In this document: piece after piece, positions 37,152 to 47,086 of the stretch
How positions within the stretch are numbered: the first letter of the stretch is position 1
Layout of the letters: each line of letters opens with the position of its first letter
From: Bacteroidales bacterium
GTDB lineage: Bacteria; Bacteroidota; Bacteroidia; Bacteroidales; UBA932
DNA length: 64,000 bases
Assembly (NCBI GenBank): GCA_017459075.1
Contig: JAFUDQ010000028.1
Coordinates: 8,045-72,044, forward strand
Direction: 5' to 3'
The notes under the pieces: generated by a model
The model's database searches: none
Told to the model about the DNA's origin: nothing
Seen by the model: the letters and a program-made list of their open reading frames with translations, nothing else
Program-made: the position numbers and the translations under genes

Positions 37152-38726
37152 ATGAAAATGAAAAATATTATCCTTACCCTTGCCGCTGCCGCTTTTGTTT
37201 TTGCAGGCTGTACCAAGGATTTTGAGAATATCAACAAGAACGATTTCGGCGTAAACGAAGAAGAACTCAGCCAGGACGGTCTTGCCGTTGGCGGTATGCT
37301 TCAGCAGCTGGAACGTTCCGTGATTATCTATCGCGACGGCAATTATCTGGATTCAGACTATCAGATTATGTACAACCTTTGCGCAGAGACATGGTGCGGT
37401 TACATGGCACCGACACTGAGCGATGGTCATCATGCAGGCTGGGATGTCAATGATGGTTGGCATCGCCGCATGTTCACTGTTAAGTATGAGTACGGAATGG
37501 CCGGATATACCGCATTTGTTGCCAAGGCAGAGCCTCTTGGTCTTGCAAATGAGCTTGCTCTTGCAAAGATCCTGAAGGTTACCACCATGCATCAGGTTGC
37601 AGACTATTACGGTCCTATTGCTTATTCTAACATTGGTTCCATTACCAATATCTATGATCCTCTGGATCAGGTATATACACAATTCTTCAAGGAACTGGAC
37701 GAAGCTATCGAACTCCTTGAGAAAGTAGCCGGAACAGGTGCTAAAATCCTGGAAGACTACGATCTTATCTATGGCGGCGACGCTGTTAAGTGGGTTCAGT
37801 TTGCCAATTCTCTCCGCCTTCGCCTGGCAATGCGCGTAAGCTACGCAGACCCTGCCCTGGCACGCGAGGAGGCAGAAAAGTCCATCGCCAGTCCTTTTGG
37901 TGTCATCACTTCCAACAGCAACAATGCTGTGATTGCTGAGGCCGGTGTTCGTCATCCTGACTATACCATCAACGTAGATTTCAACGATGCCGATACCCAG
38001 ATAGGTGCTTCCCTGGATTGCTATCTTAACGGATATAACGATCCCCGTAAGTTCCTGTATGCCAATCCCGCAGGCGACGGAAACCTTCACGGTGTACGTC
38101 CCGGTATCACTCCTTCCACATGGTCAAACTACAAGAACTCCGCTGCCAAGGTGTCTGCTCCCAACGCCGCAATCTACAAGATTTGCTGGCTGAATGCTGC
38201 AGAAGTTGCCTTCCTGCGCGCAGAGGGTGCCCTCAAGGGTTGGAACATGGGTGGTACTGCTAAGGATTTCTACGAGGAAGGTATCAAGCTTTCCTTCGAG
38301 GAATGGGGTGCAGAGGGTGTTAACGCTTATCTGGCTAACAACTCCGCAAAACCTGCCGCTTTCGCAGACAATGTAGGCCGTTCAAATGCAACTGCTCCCT
38401 CTACCGTTACCATCGCCTGGAACCAGAGCGACCCGGACGAGGTTAAACTGGAAAAGATCGGTACCCAGAAATGGCTCGCCCTCTTCCCCAACAGCGCAGA
38501 GGCATGGGCAGAGTACCGTCGTCTTCACTATCCGGTTCTCGTTCCCCCGGCAAACAACTATTCCAATGGCGTGGTCAATACCAACCAGGGTATCCGCCGT
38601 GTACCTTATCCCGTATCTGAGCAGACCGATAACCCGGAGGGCTATGCAGCCGGTGTCGCAGCTCTCGGTGGCCAGGATAACGCAGGTGTACGCCTTTGGT
38701 GGGATGCAAAGCCTTTTAATAACTGA
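37152..38726 (+). CDS. susD: SusD/RagB-family lipoprotein
   Basis: Lipobox FAGC, DYYGPI, W..FANSLRLRLAMR, EVAFLRAE, QKWLALF, EAWAEYRR, LWWD. Confidence 0.92.
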   Translation: MKMKNIILTLAAAAFVFAGCTKDFENINKNDFGVNEEELSQDGLAVGGMLQQLERSVIIYRDGNYLDSDYQIMYNLCAETWCGYMAPTLSDGHHAGWDVNDGWHRRMFTVKYEYGMAGYTAFVAKAEPLGLANELALAKILKVTTMHQVADYYGPIAYSNIGSITNIYDPLDQVYTQFFKELDEAIELLEKVAGTGAKILEDYDLIYGGDAVKWVQFANSLRLRLAMRVSYADPALAREEAEKSIASPFGVITSNSNNAVIAEAGVRHPDYTINVDFNDADTQIGASLDCYLNGYNDPRKFLYANPAGDGNLHGVRPGITPSTWSNYKNSAAKVSAPNAAIYKICWLNAAEVAFLRAEGALKGWNMGGTAKDFYEEGIKLSFEEWGAEGVNAYLANNSAKPAAFADNVGRSNATAPSTVTIAWNQSDPDEVKLEKIGTQKWLALFPNSAEAWAEYRRLHYPVLVPPANNYSNGVVNTNQGIRRVPYPVSEQTDNPEGYAAGVAALGGQDNAGVRLWWDAKPFNN

Positions 38727-38728
38727 TA

Positions 38729-39877
38729 ATGCTGAAGGATATGAAAAAGATATTTTGTTTACTCTCTATCGCCCTTGCAGTCGCAGCTTGCGACACAAAG
38801 GAAGAGACTCTTGAACTCCAGCATTTCAAAACGCCGGGTGTAGAGGAAGATCTTACTGAATCTGATCTGGCTTATTATAAGAATCTGCGTGAGTGGAAAG
38901 AGTCCAAGCACACTATTTCTTACGTATATTTCGCCGCATGGGCTCCGCCGGAGGGTGCTACCAGTCTGTTTATTGAGTATCAGACAATGCGTCCCCGTCT
39001 TATCTCCCTTCCTGATTCACTTGATATCGTGAACCTTTGGATGGGTACTCCTATGAAGCAGGAGTCTACCGACGCATGTTTCTATGGCAACGTCAAGAAT
39101 CCGGAGACCGGAGAGATTGAGCGTAAGCCTATGAATACTTATGATTATTCTCCCAATGCCTATGCAGACCTTGAGTTCTGCCAGAAGTACAAAGGCACCA
39201 AGTTCGTTATGCACGCCGACGCCTCTCACTACGGCCAGGAGTTCGAGCTTGACGGCCAGTACTGGAAGGTAGAAAGTAACAATGAAGAGTCCATCCGCGC
39301 ATACGGCCGCCTTGTTGTTGACATCGTCAACACTCACGGTCTTGACGGCGTAGACTTCGACTATGAAGGTTGGGGTGGAAATCAGATTTTCTGGGTTATC
39401 GATGAGGTTGGAAAATACTTCGGTCCTCAGGGCAGCGATCCTTCCAAGCTTCTTATCGTTGACTACTTCGGCGGTTATCCCGGCGGAAACATCGAGCCTT
39501 ACATCAACTATCTTGTAAAGCAGGCTTATTCCGCCCAGGGTTCTTCTACCGGCGGTCCCAGCTGGTGCCCTGCAGAGAAGATGGTCTACTGCGAGCAGTA
39601 TGAGCAGTCTTCAGGCGAAGGCCCCAACTACCTTAACGGTGGTTATCCTACCGGAAGGACAAACGAGGCCGGAGAAAAAATGTACACACTTGAGTCTTAT
39701 GCCCGCTATGCTTCAGAGGCTACTGAAGGACTGGGCGGCGGCTTCGGTGCTTACTACATCGACAATGATTATGCAAACGGTCAGGAAGCCCTTAAAGCAA
39801 AGGGTTATGCCAACTATCACTTCGATACCTATGGTTTCCTGCGTCGTGCCATCCAGATTGTAAACCCTGCCAAATAA
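38729..39877 (+). CDS. GH18 endo-beta-N-acetylglucosaminidase-like lipoprotein
   Basis: YYKNLREWK, SLPDSLDIVNLW, catalytic LDGVDFDYE. Confidence 0.85.
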   Translation: MLKDMKKIFCLLSIALAVAACDTKEETLELQHFKTPGVEEDLTESDLAYYKNLREWKESKHTISYVYFAAWAPPEGATSLFIEYQTMRPRLISLPDSLDIVNLWMGTPMKQESTDACFYGNVKNPETGEIERKPMNTYDYSPNAYADLEFCQKYKGTKFVMHADASHYGQEFELDGQYWKVESNNEESIRAYGRLVVDIVNTHGLDGVDFDYEGWGGNQIFWVIDEVGKYFGPQGSDPSKLLIVDYFGGYPGGNIEPYINYLVKQAYSAQGSSTGGPSWCPAEKMVYCEQYEQSSGEGPNYLNGGYPTGRTNEAGEKMYTLESYARYASEATEGLGGGFGAYYIDNDYANGQEALKAKGYANYHFDTYGFLRRAIQIVNPAK

Positions 39878-41136
39878 TGAAGACTATGATGAAAAAATAC
39901 ATGTTCATTGCTTTGGCAGCCGCTTTCTGCATGACTGCATGCACTCAGACTGCCGATGATTTCGAGTATGGAAAAGAAATCGTCCTCATTACCGGAACAG
40001 ATTCTTCTCCTATTTCTTCAGACCAGATCCTGGCCGATGAGATTCCCGTTTCCTACAACTTTACCGTTTCCACTACCGGAATCGTAAAGAAGGATACAAA
40101 GATTCACATCAGCTATGACAGCAAGGCTGTGGAAGAGTACAATGCCCGTTACAAGACCAGCTATGTGGCAGTTCCCCGTGATGTATTCGTAATCAACGAC
40201 GAGTATGTTACCATCGCCGCAGGTACCGCAACATCGGCAATGACTTCCGTAACCCTGCGTGACAATACTTTCATCGAGGAAGGTGTCAATTATGTAATTC
40301 CTCTTGCTGTGGCTTACTCAGAAACCGGCAAACCGGACATCCTCAATGCTTCCAAGAACCTTTTCATCAAGATTGGAAAGACTATCGAGAGCTACTCCCT
40401 GGATATCACCGGTACCGGCATCTACAGTACTTACAGCTATGGAAACAATGGCTACGACCTTAACAACTGGACCCTTGAAATCAAGGCTCATCCTTACAAC
40501 ATGAAGAGCCGCGGCAGCGATCAGCTTTGCCGTCTCTGCTGCTGGAATGAGGATGGCGGCGGCCAGGTGCTCCTCCGTTTCAACGAGAACGGTAAGCCTT
40601 GGAAGACCCTTGATATCGTCGCTCCTAACGGCCGTTATGTTACCGGCGCCATCGGCGAAGGTGATGAGGCTGTGGGTGCTTTCGACCCTAATCAGTGGTA
40701 TATGATTTCAATCGTATGGGATGGCAGCAGCATGTCCGTATACATCAATGGCCAGAAGGATACTCCTTGGCAGAACACAATCTCCGGCAACCAGGGCTTC
40801 AAGCTCAACCGCTTTGAGATTGGTATGTCATGGGGCGGCTACGGCAGCTCACAGAGTTACACCGGCCGTATGGCAGAGATGCGTATCTGGAATGTTGCAC
40901 GCAGCCAGAGCGACATTGCTTCTACCCTCTGCTCTGTAGACGCCAAGTCTGCAGGTCTCCTTGGCTACTGGAAGATGAACGAAGGCGAAGGCCATATCTT
41001 CCACGACTCTACCGGTTCCAACGATATGGACTGGGACCGCTCAGAGCGTCAGGCCGATGAAACCAATTACACCAACACCGGTGCCGGAAATTCCGTATCT
41101 TGGGTGAAGGATGAAAAGAACAAGTGTGCACAATAA
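39877..41136 (+). CDS. DUF1735 + LamG (concanavalin-like) surface glycan-binding lipoprotein
   Basis: Lipobox MTAC, VEEYNARY...YVIPL, W.MISIVWDG..MSVYING, EMRIWNVARS, GLLGYWKMNEG. Confidence 0.8.
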   Translation: MKTMMKKYMFIALAAAFCMTACTQTADDFEYGKEIVLITGTDSSPISSDQILADEIPVSYNFTVSTTGIVKKDTKIHISYDSKAVEEYNARYKTSYVAVPRDVFVINDEYVTIAAGTATSAMTSVTLRDNTFIEEGVNYVIPLAVAYSETGKPDILNASKNLFIKIGKTIESYSLDITGTGIYSTYSYGNNGYDLNNWTLEIKAHPYNMKSRGSDQLCRLCCWNEDGGGQVLLRFNENGKPWKTLDIVAPNGRYVTGAIGEGDEAVGAFDPNQWYMISIVWDGSSMSVYINGQKDTPWQNTISGNQGFKLNRFEIGMSWGGYGSSQSYTGRMAEMRIWNVARSQSDIASTLCSVDAKSAGLLGYWKMNEGEGHIFHDSTGSNDMDWDRSERQADETNYTNTGAGNSVSWVKDEKNKCAQ

Positions 41137-41154
41137 CGAAAAACTCATAATTCA

Positions 41155-43860
41155 ATGAAAAAATTTCTTACAGCAATCGCAATGGGTCTTGTCCTGTTGG
41201 GCTGCAACAAAGAGTATGATGATTCCGAGCTCAAGAACAGGATCACTACTCTTGAAACCAAGGTAGGCAACCTTGAGGCTAATATGAAGGCCATCCAGTC
41301 CGCTACCAACGACGGTATGTTCGTTCAGAGCGTAGAGGAACTTTACGAGGATGGAAAAGTAGTCGGTATTACCGTTACTTACACAACCGGAACTGTATAT
41401 ACTTTCCAGATTTCCGGAGCCGGCGCAGAGAACAACATCTCTGTAATTCGCAACTCCAGCGGTGCTCTTTGCTGGGCAATCAACGGAGAAATCATCAAGG
41501 TAGACGGCAAAGACCTTACCGTTGGCCAGACTCCTTCATTCTCAATTGAGAACGGTCATCTTATTGTTACCATCGACGGTAACAAGACCGATGTGGGTCC
41601 TGTTTCTGGCGGCCTTGGCGATGCTATCTTCAAGGACATCAAGGTTACTGACGATGCAGTTATCCTCACCCTTGATGACAACAGCACAATTGAGATTCCT
41701 TTTGCAAAGGCTTTCCGTCTTGTTATTGCAAAGACTCAGTATGCCGTTACTTCCACCGACCCCTTCGACATTGAGTATACCGTAGACAACAAGACCGCAA
41801 GCACTGTTGTTGACGTATTTACCGATGCCAACTATGAGGCTACTGTAACCGACAGCAAGATTACCATTACTCCTCTCGCAGTAGTAAAGGGTACCGCTCT
41901 GGCTTACGCAGACTCAAAGACCGGTCTTACTTCTATCGTAAAACTCGTCTTCGACCAGGAAGGTGAGCCTGATACTTTCGAGCCTACAGACGACAAGGCC
42001 GATCCTACCAATAACATCGACTATATCGCAGAGGCTGCAGACGGCAAGGTAGAGGCACACGTTGTTTCCAACATCGCATTTGACGTTGCTCCTCAGGTTG
42101 ACTGGATTCACTATGTTTCTACAAAGGCCCAGTCTTACACTATCACCCTCTCTCTTGATGACAACAAGACTAAGGAAATCCGTACCGGTGAGGTTAAGAT
42201 TTTCCGTGCAGGCACAGACCAGCTCCTCCAGACCTTCGTAATTGCCCAGAAGGCTTCCGAGGTTGAGATTGAGAACTACAATCCTGCCGGCTGGACAAAG
42301 GTATTCGACATGTCCAACTATAAGGTTAACTCTACCTTCAAGTGGGACGGTATCCAGCTTAACCCTGGTGCTGTTACTCTCCAGTGGAAGTTCTACTCCA
42401 ACAAGTGGAATAACCATAAGTTCAATGACAGGGATGCCAACAACAACCAGCTTTACTGCAACCGTCTTGGTGAGTTTGCCAACTCTGACGAGTCCCAGTC
42501 TGTACTCCTCCGCTTCTCCAACGATGGTGACGCTGACGGACAGCTTTGCCTCAATGCAGGTATTCTTGGAATCAACCAGGTTCAGATTGCAAAAGATGGC
42601 AAGGCTTATGTATGGCCTACCGGCGAATGGGTAGTTCTTACTATCGTTTCCGATGGTTCAAAGGTTTCTATCTATCATAACGAGGAACTCGTAAATGCTT
42701 ATAATGCTAACCCTGGTACTTCATGGAATCTCCAGCGTTTCGATCTCTCTATGACTTGGGACGACGGCAGCAACTGGCCTCTCAAGCAGGCATTCAACGG
42801 TTACTCTGCTTATACACGTGTTTGGAGCCGCGCTCTTAGCGTAGAGGATATCGCTGCAACTCTTTGCGACGTTCCTTCAGACAAGACAGAAGGCCTTGAG
42901 GCTTACTGGAAGTTCGACGGTTCTACAGACAAGTACGTTACCAACTCTGCTCCTAAGAACAGCAGTATGGAGCTTGACTTCACAGACTGCTGGGACGGAA
43001 ACGGAAAAGCTCAGGATAACAGCGACGCTGCTGTAGCTGCTTGGAAGGCTCTTGAGGGCGCAGACTTCACCGGTCTCTGCTATCGTGAGAAAGGAACAGG
43101 CGACGACAACCCTGGCGGTGGTGACAACCCTGGTGGCGGTGATGAGAAGGTTAAGGCTACCTATTGGGGCAATGCTCAGGCAGCTGCCTGGTACAAGGCT
43201 TTCAACAGGGCTGTTTCTCTTCCTGACGGCTATTCAGTAACAATCCACTTCTATTATGATGCTGCAAGACAGCAGCGCCTTGGCAACTTCGGTGACAAGA
43301 ACGAGGCTCCTTGCAACATGCTTCGCTTTGGTGAGGCTGGCAACAACAACCAGCTTGAGTGGATGGTTGATACAGGCGGTGGCCGTGTTAAGATTCGTGC
43401 AAGCAAAGAAGCTGTTCCCGGCCAGTGGAATGCTGTTACCCTTACAGCAGGCGCTGATGGATACAAGATGTATATCAACGGTGAGGCTGCCGGTTCAGAT
43501 GCTTCTGCTTATCGTTCTGGTACTTCCTTCCAGGCTATCGAGTTCGCTAACTCATGGGGTACTGCATACCGTTCTTCATTCGAGGGCGCTATCGCTTACA
43601 TCTCCCTGTGGAGCAAGCAGCTCAGCGAGACTGAGGTTGCAGCAAACGTATTCTGCGAGCCTAGCGGCACCGGTCTTGAAGGCTTCTGGCCTATGACCGA
43701 GGGCGAGGGTGCTACCTTCTATGACAAGACCAAGAAGTATGACGATATCGACCTCCGCTACATGACCCGCTGCGATGATGAGACCAACTATGTTGATGTT
43801 GACGTTTCCTCTTACGTAGAGTGGAGAGAGTATCCCGCTATCAAGAAAGCTGCAAACTAA
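41155..43860 (+). CDS. Surface lipoprotein: DUF4988-like N-terminus, BACON-like domain, two LamG domains
   Basis: LLGC, YDDSELKNRITTLE, DWI...N....RTG, two LamG domains (RVWSRAL/YWKFD; SLWSKQL/FWPMTEG). Confidence 0.75.
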   Translation: MKKFLTAIAMGLVLLGCNKEYDDSELKNRITTLETKVGNLEANMKAIQSATNDGMFVQSVEELYEDGKVVGITVTYTTGTVYTFQISGAGAENNISVIRNSSGALCWAINGEIIKVDGKDLTVGQTPSFSIENGHLIVTIDGNKTDVGPVSGGLGDAIFKDIKVTDDAVILTLDDNSTIEIPFAKAFRLVIAKTQYAVTSTDPFDIEYTVDNKTASTVVDVFTDANYEATVTDSKITITPLAVVKGTALAYADSKTGLTSIVKLVFDQEGEPDTFEPTDDKADPTNNIDYIAEAADGKVEAHVVSNIAFDVAPQVDWIHYVSTKAQSYTITLSLDDNKTKEIRTGEVKIFRAGTDQLLQTFVIAQKASEVEIENYNPAGWTKVFDMSNYKVNSTFKWDGIQLNPGAVTLQWKFYSNKWNNHKFNDRDANNNQLYCNRLGEFANSDESQSVLLRFSNDGDADGQLCLNAGILGINQVQIAKDGKAYVWPTGEWVVLTIVSDGSKVSIYHNEELVNAYNANPGTSWNLQRFDLSMTWDDGSNWPLKQAFNGYSAYTRVWSRALSVEDIAATLCDVPSDKTEGLEAYWKFDGSTDKYVTNSAPKNSSMELDFTDCWDGNGKAQDNSDAAVAAWKALEGADFTGLCYREKGTGDDNPGGGDNPGGGDEKVKATYWGNAQAAAWYKAFNRAVSLPDGYSVTIHFYYDAARQQRLGNFGDKNEAPCNMLRFGEAGNNNQLEWMVDTGGGRVKIRASKEAVPGQWNAVTLTAGADGYKMYINGEAAGSDASAYRSGTSFQAIEFANSWGTAYRSSFEGAIAYISLWSKQLSETEVAANVFCEPSGTGLEGFWPMTEGEGATFYDKTKKYDDIDLRYMTRCDDETNYVDVDVSSYVEWREYPAIKKAAN

Positions 43861-43877
43861 TCAGTTTTCATAATTAC

Positions 43878-43909
43878 AAAAGGACCGGCCCTTCTGGACC
43901 GGTCTTTTT
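43878..43909 (+). terminator. Intrinsic terminator of the PUL
   Basis: AAAAGGACCGG-cccttctgga-CCGGTCTTTTT. Confidence 0.75.
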
Positions 43910-44178
43910 ACGCTTACATAAAGGCGCAGATGTTTTTCGTACCATAATATTGCATTGTTTGTTTATAACGGTGATGTAAACAGGTTCCTGGCCATCGTCA
44001 GAGACTGCAAATGCTGCGCAAATGCCAAGACAATTGATAAGTTCCATAAGATTATTTCATATATTTGTGGCAAATAATGTTTGAAATGAAAACAACTAGC
44101 AGATAGACTATCAAAAGCATCTGTAAAGGATGAAACGGTTATTATCAGTATTGATAGACAAATTTGGTGAAAAAAATT

Positions 44179-44223
44179 AAAGACTTTGTAAGTGATTGAA
44201 AATTATCAACCTACAAAGTCTTT
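44179..44223 (-). terminator. Hairpin downstream of tRNA-Leu
   Basis: AAAGACTTTGTA...TACAAAGTCTTT, followed by a T-run on the minus strand. Confidence 0.6.
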
Positions 44224-44227
44224 TCTG

Positions 44228-44312
44228 TGCCTCGGACGGGACTCGAACCCGTACAGACCTTGCGGTCCAAGGGATTTTAAGTCCCTCGTGTCTACCATTC
44301 CACCACCAAGGC
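44228..44312 (-). tRNA. tRNA-Leu(TAA)
   Basis: GCCTTGG...GGTAGACAC-GAGGGA-CTTAAAA-TCCCTT, long variable arm, GGTTCGAGTCC, CCGAGGCA. Confidence 0.95.
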
Positions 44313-44508
44313 TGCAAAAGCAGGGACCGGAGGTCTCCTGCTTCGGGGTACAAAGATAAGAAGTGGATTTTAATTTTGCAAAATGGCGATGTGTTTTTGG
44401 GGGGTTACTATTGTAGAAATGGAATTAAATATCTAAATTTGAACGTTTTAACCAATTGTAGGCCTTGCACATAACTAAAAAAATATAAATTCAAAACACT
44501 TATACTCT

Positions 44509-45522
44509 ATGAAACTCATCAATTGTCTTGGAATTTGCGCAGCATTTGCAGCGGTACTTTCCTGTGGCGGCTCAAAGATTACTCTGGACTCTTATGTAGC
44601 AGAGGAAAGCGGCCTCAACATTCAGAAAATCACAGACGAGAGCAAGAATGCCGTTTGCGGTAACAACTTCAGCTATGCTCCTGCCAACTTCGGTCGTTCC
44701 AGCGTGGGCGGATGCAGGAAACTCGGCATGTATTGGGGAACACAGAAGGTGCTCTCAATTTCTCCTGACGGCCAGGATATCGCCTATCTTACCGTTTCAA
44801 ACAAGCAGAGGAACGTTATGATTCGCAAGGCCTCTTCTGCAGGAACCAGCACCCAGCGTACCTTCCGCGATGTATATGACTTCAGCTATGGTCCTGACGG
44901 CAACATCTACTTCACGGATTATGTAGGAAACGGCAAATGGCAGATTCATTCTGTAAACGCAAAAGCCGGCAGCGTCATGCGCCAGCTCACCAGCAACAAC
45001 AATGATGAAACCCCTGTTATGGCAAAGAACGGCCACAGCCTCTTCTTCACCCGTCATGACAACACCGGTTCAGCCATCTGGTGCCTTGACGTAGAGGACG
45101 GAACCCTCACCTTCTGCTCAAAGGGATACAATGTTTGCCCTGTTGGCGATGGTAGCAGCGAATTCCTCTGCGCCCGTAACTCCGACGAAGGTGTAAGCCA
45201 GATTTGGCTCGTAAACTATGTTACCGGCATCGAGACTCTTGTACTTGCAGACAAAGAGCGCGGCTTCTCAAATCCTGCTCTCTCTCCTGACGGAAAATGG
45301 ATTGCTGTCCAGGGCAGCTCAAGAACTTCTGCCGGCAAGGTTAAGAACCTTGACCTCTTTGCAGTCAAGATTGACGGCACCCAGTTCATCCAGCTCACCT
45401 ATCACCCTGCAACAGACTGCAACCCTGTCTGGTCAGCTGACGGCAAAGCCCTCTACTTCATTTCTTCAAGAGCTTCCAAGGACCGTTCATACAATGTTTG
45501 GAAGATGAGGTTCAACCTCTAA
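44509..45522 (+). CDS. TolB-like (PD40) beta-propeller lipoprotein
   Basis: ISPDGQDIAY, PALSPDGKWIA, PVWSADGKALYFIS; lipobox VLSC. Confidence 0.8.
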   Translation: MKLINCLGICAAFAAVLSCGGSKITLDSYVAEESGLNIQKITDESKNAVCGNNFSYAPANFGRSSVGGCRKLGMYWGTQKVLSISPDGQDIAYLTVSNKQRNVMIRKASSAGTSTQRTFRDVYDFSYGPDGNIYFTDYVGNGKWQIHSVNAKAGSVMRQLTSNNNDETPVMAKNGHSLFFTRHDNTGSAIWCLDVEDGTLTFCSKGYNVCPVGDGSSEFLCARNSDEGVSQIWLVNYVTGIETLVLADKERGFSNPALSPDGKWIAVQGSSRTSAGKVKNLDLFAVKIDGTQFIQLTYHPATDCNPVWSADGKALYFISSRASKDRSYNVWKMRFNL

Positions 45523-45570
45523 TTTCAGGACGCGTTTTTTGCAACTACTTGAACAGTAAGTCATTAAGTA

Positions 45571-45602
45571 AAAGCCTGGTACGGGATTCCGCACCAGGCT
45601 TT
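45571..45602. terminator. Terminator between convergent genes
   Basis: AAAGCCTGGT...ACCAGGCTTT. Confidence 0.65.
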
Positions 45603-45654
45603 CGCTTAAACAACTATTATTCAGCCACTTAAAAAAAACGGCCAAGTGTCAACC

Positions 45655-46773
45655 CTACGGCATAAAATACTCCAACAGGGCCTGAATAATATTCTGCCGG
45701 GAAACCTCCGGCTTTAAAGCCTCAGACACGGGAAGGTCTTCAGGCGAAACTTGAATAAGGGATTCAAAGCCCATCGAGTCCAGCTCCGGACAATGAATGA
45801 CCCTGCCGGCAATCAAGATGACAGGTACTCCCTTAGCCTTGGCCCGCCTTAACACTCCCGCCGCCGTCTTCCCCTTCGGGGTTTGGCTGTCTGCGCGCCC
45901 TTCCCCTGTAATAACAAGGTCTGCCCCTTCCAACTTTTTATCAAAGCCGATGGTATCCAGAACCATTCCGGAGCCGCTTTGCAGGGTTGCCCCAAGGAAC
46001 ACCTTGAAAGCCCCGCCAAGGCCACCGGCTGCGCCGGAGCCCTTTTCAGAAACAACATCCTGTCCTGTGCACTCCCTGATTATTCCGGCAAGATGCCTCA
46101 TGCCCGCGTCAAGCCTCTCTACCAACTGCGGCCCAGCCCCTTTCTGCGGAGCAAAAACCTTAGCCGCTCCATCCGGCCCGCAAAAGACAGTGTTTACATC
46201 ACAGGCAACAGTAAAGGTGGCCCCTCTTAGGCCCGGAACAAGGTCACTTAAATCAATACGCTCTATCCTTTCAAGATCACAGCCGCACCCCTGAAGCACC
46301 TCGCCGTCTGAACTAAGGAACCTCGCGCCAAGAGCCGTCATCATTCCTGCCCCGCCGTCATTAGTAGCGCTGCCTCCAAGCCCTATAAGGAAATTACGGC
46401 AGCCACGGTCCAAAGCATCCAGAATAAGCTCTCCAGTGCCAAAAGAACTTGTTTTCCAAGGCTCCCTTTCGCCTGCGGACAACAGCGTAATCCCACTGGC
46501 GGAAGCCACGTCAATCACCGCCGTATTATCCGGAAGAATGGCGTAGGAAGCCCGTATGGGGCGCCCGAGAGGGTCTGAAGCCTCTGCCTGAACCAAATGG
46601 CCTCCCGTAGCGGCGGCAACAGCCTCAGCCGTTCCCTCGCCACCATCGGCAACGGAAAGCTTTACAATATCCGCATCAGGAAAAACCTGCCTCAGGGCCA
46701 CGGAAACAGCATCGGCCACATCGGCCGAAGACAATGAGCCCTTGAAAGAATCAGAGGCAATAACAATTTTCAT
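45655..46773 (-). CDS. glxK: Glycerate kinase
   Basis: DSFKGSL, ADGGEG, GLGGSATNDGG, FAPQKGA, GAAGG, TGEG. Confidence 0.92.
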   Translation of the reverse strand: MKIVIASDSFKGSLSSADVADAVSVALRQVFPDADIVKLSVADGGEGTAEAVAAATGGHLVQAEASDPLGRPIRASYAILPDNTAVIDVASASGITLLSAGEREPWKTSSFGTGELILDALDRGCRNFLIGLGGSATNDGGAGMMTALGARFLSSDGEVLQGCGCDLERIERIDLSDLVPGLRGATFTVACDVNTVFCGPDGAAKVFAPQKGAGPQLVERLDAGMRHLAGIIRECTGQDVVSEKGSGAAGGLGGAFKVFLGATLQSGSGMVLDTIGFDKKLEGADLVITGEGRADSQTPKGKTAAGVLRRAKAKGVPVILIAGRVIHCPELDSMGFESLIQVSPEDLPVSEALKPEVSRQNIIQALLEYFMP

Positions 46774-47016
46774 TTAGTCTCCGTAAGGGTTGGCCTCATC
46801 CCACTCCTTAAGCTCATCACCATGCTTCAAAACGCAGTGGTCATGTATTTTAACCTTACGTGAGCTTTCAAGAGAGTTCCACCAGCGGGTGCAGGCCGGG
46901 TAAAGCACGTCAGCCTCATCTACAGCAACCCTGCCGGATTTGGACAAACCCTTTCTGGCGATTCTTTCTTTTTCTGTTATGGGGAGCGATGTCCACCAAA
47001 TCTCTATCTCGTTCAT
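46774..47016 (-). CDS. Small hypothetical protein
   Basis: Open frame abutting glycerate kinase start; TATCTTTG box at 47045-47038. Confidence 0.6.
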   Translation of the reverse strand: MNEIEIWWTSLPITEKERIARKGLSKSGRVAVDEADVLYPACTRWWNSLESSRKVKIHDHCVLKHGDELKEWDEANPYGD

Positions 47017-47086
47017 AGTCTTTTTATAAATACGCAGCAAAGATAATACTTTTGCTTAAGAAATAATTTTTTACCAATTCTAAATT

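Noticed and set aside
43100-43145. GACAACCCTGG(C/T)GG repeat
   Set aside because: Ordinary Gly/Pro inter-domain linker (DNPGGG x2).
29189-44312. PUL as an island integrated at tRNA-Leu
   Set aside because: No integrase or att duplication seen, and codon usage looks native.
44196-44474. 92-aa ORF
   Set aside because: It is the antisense of tRNA-Leu.
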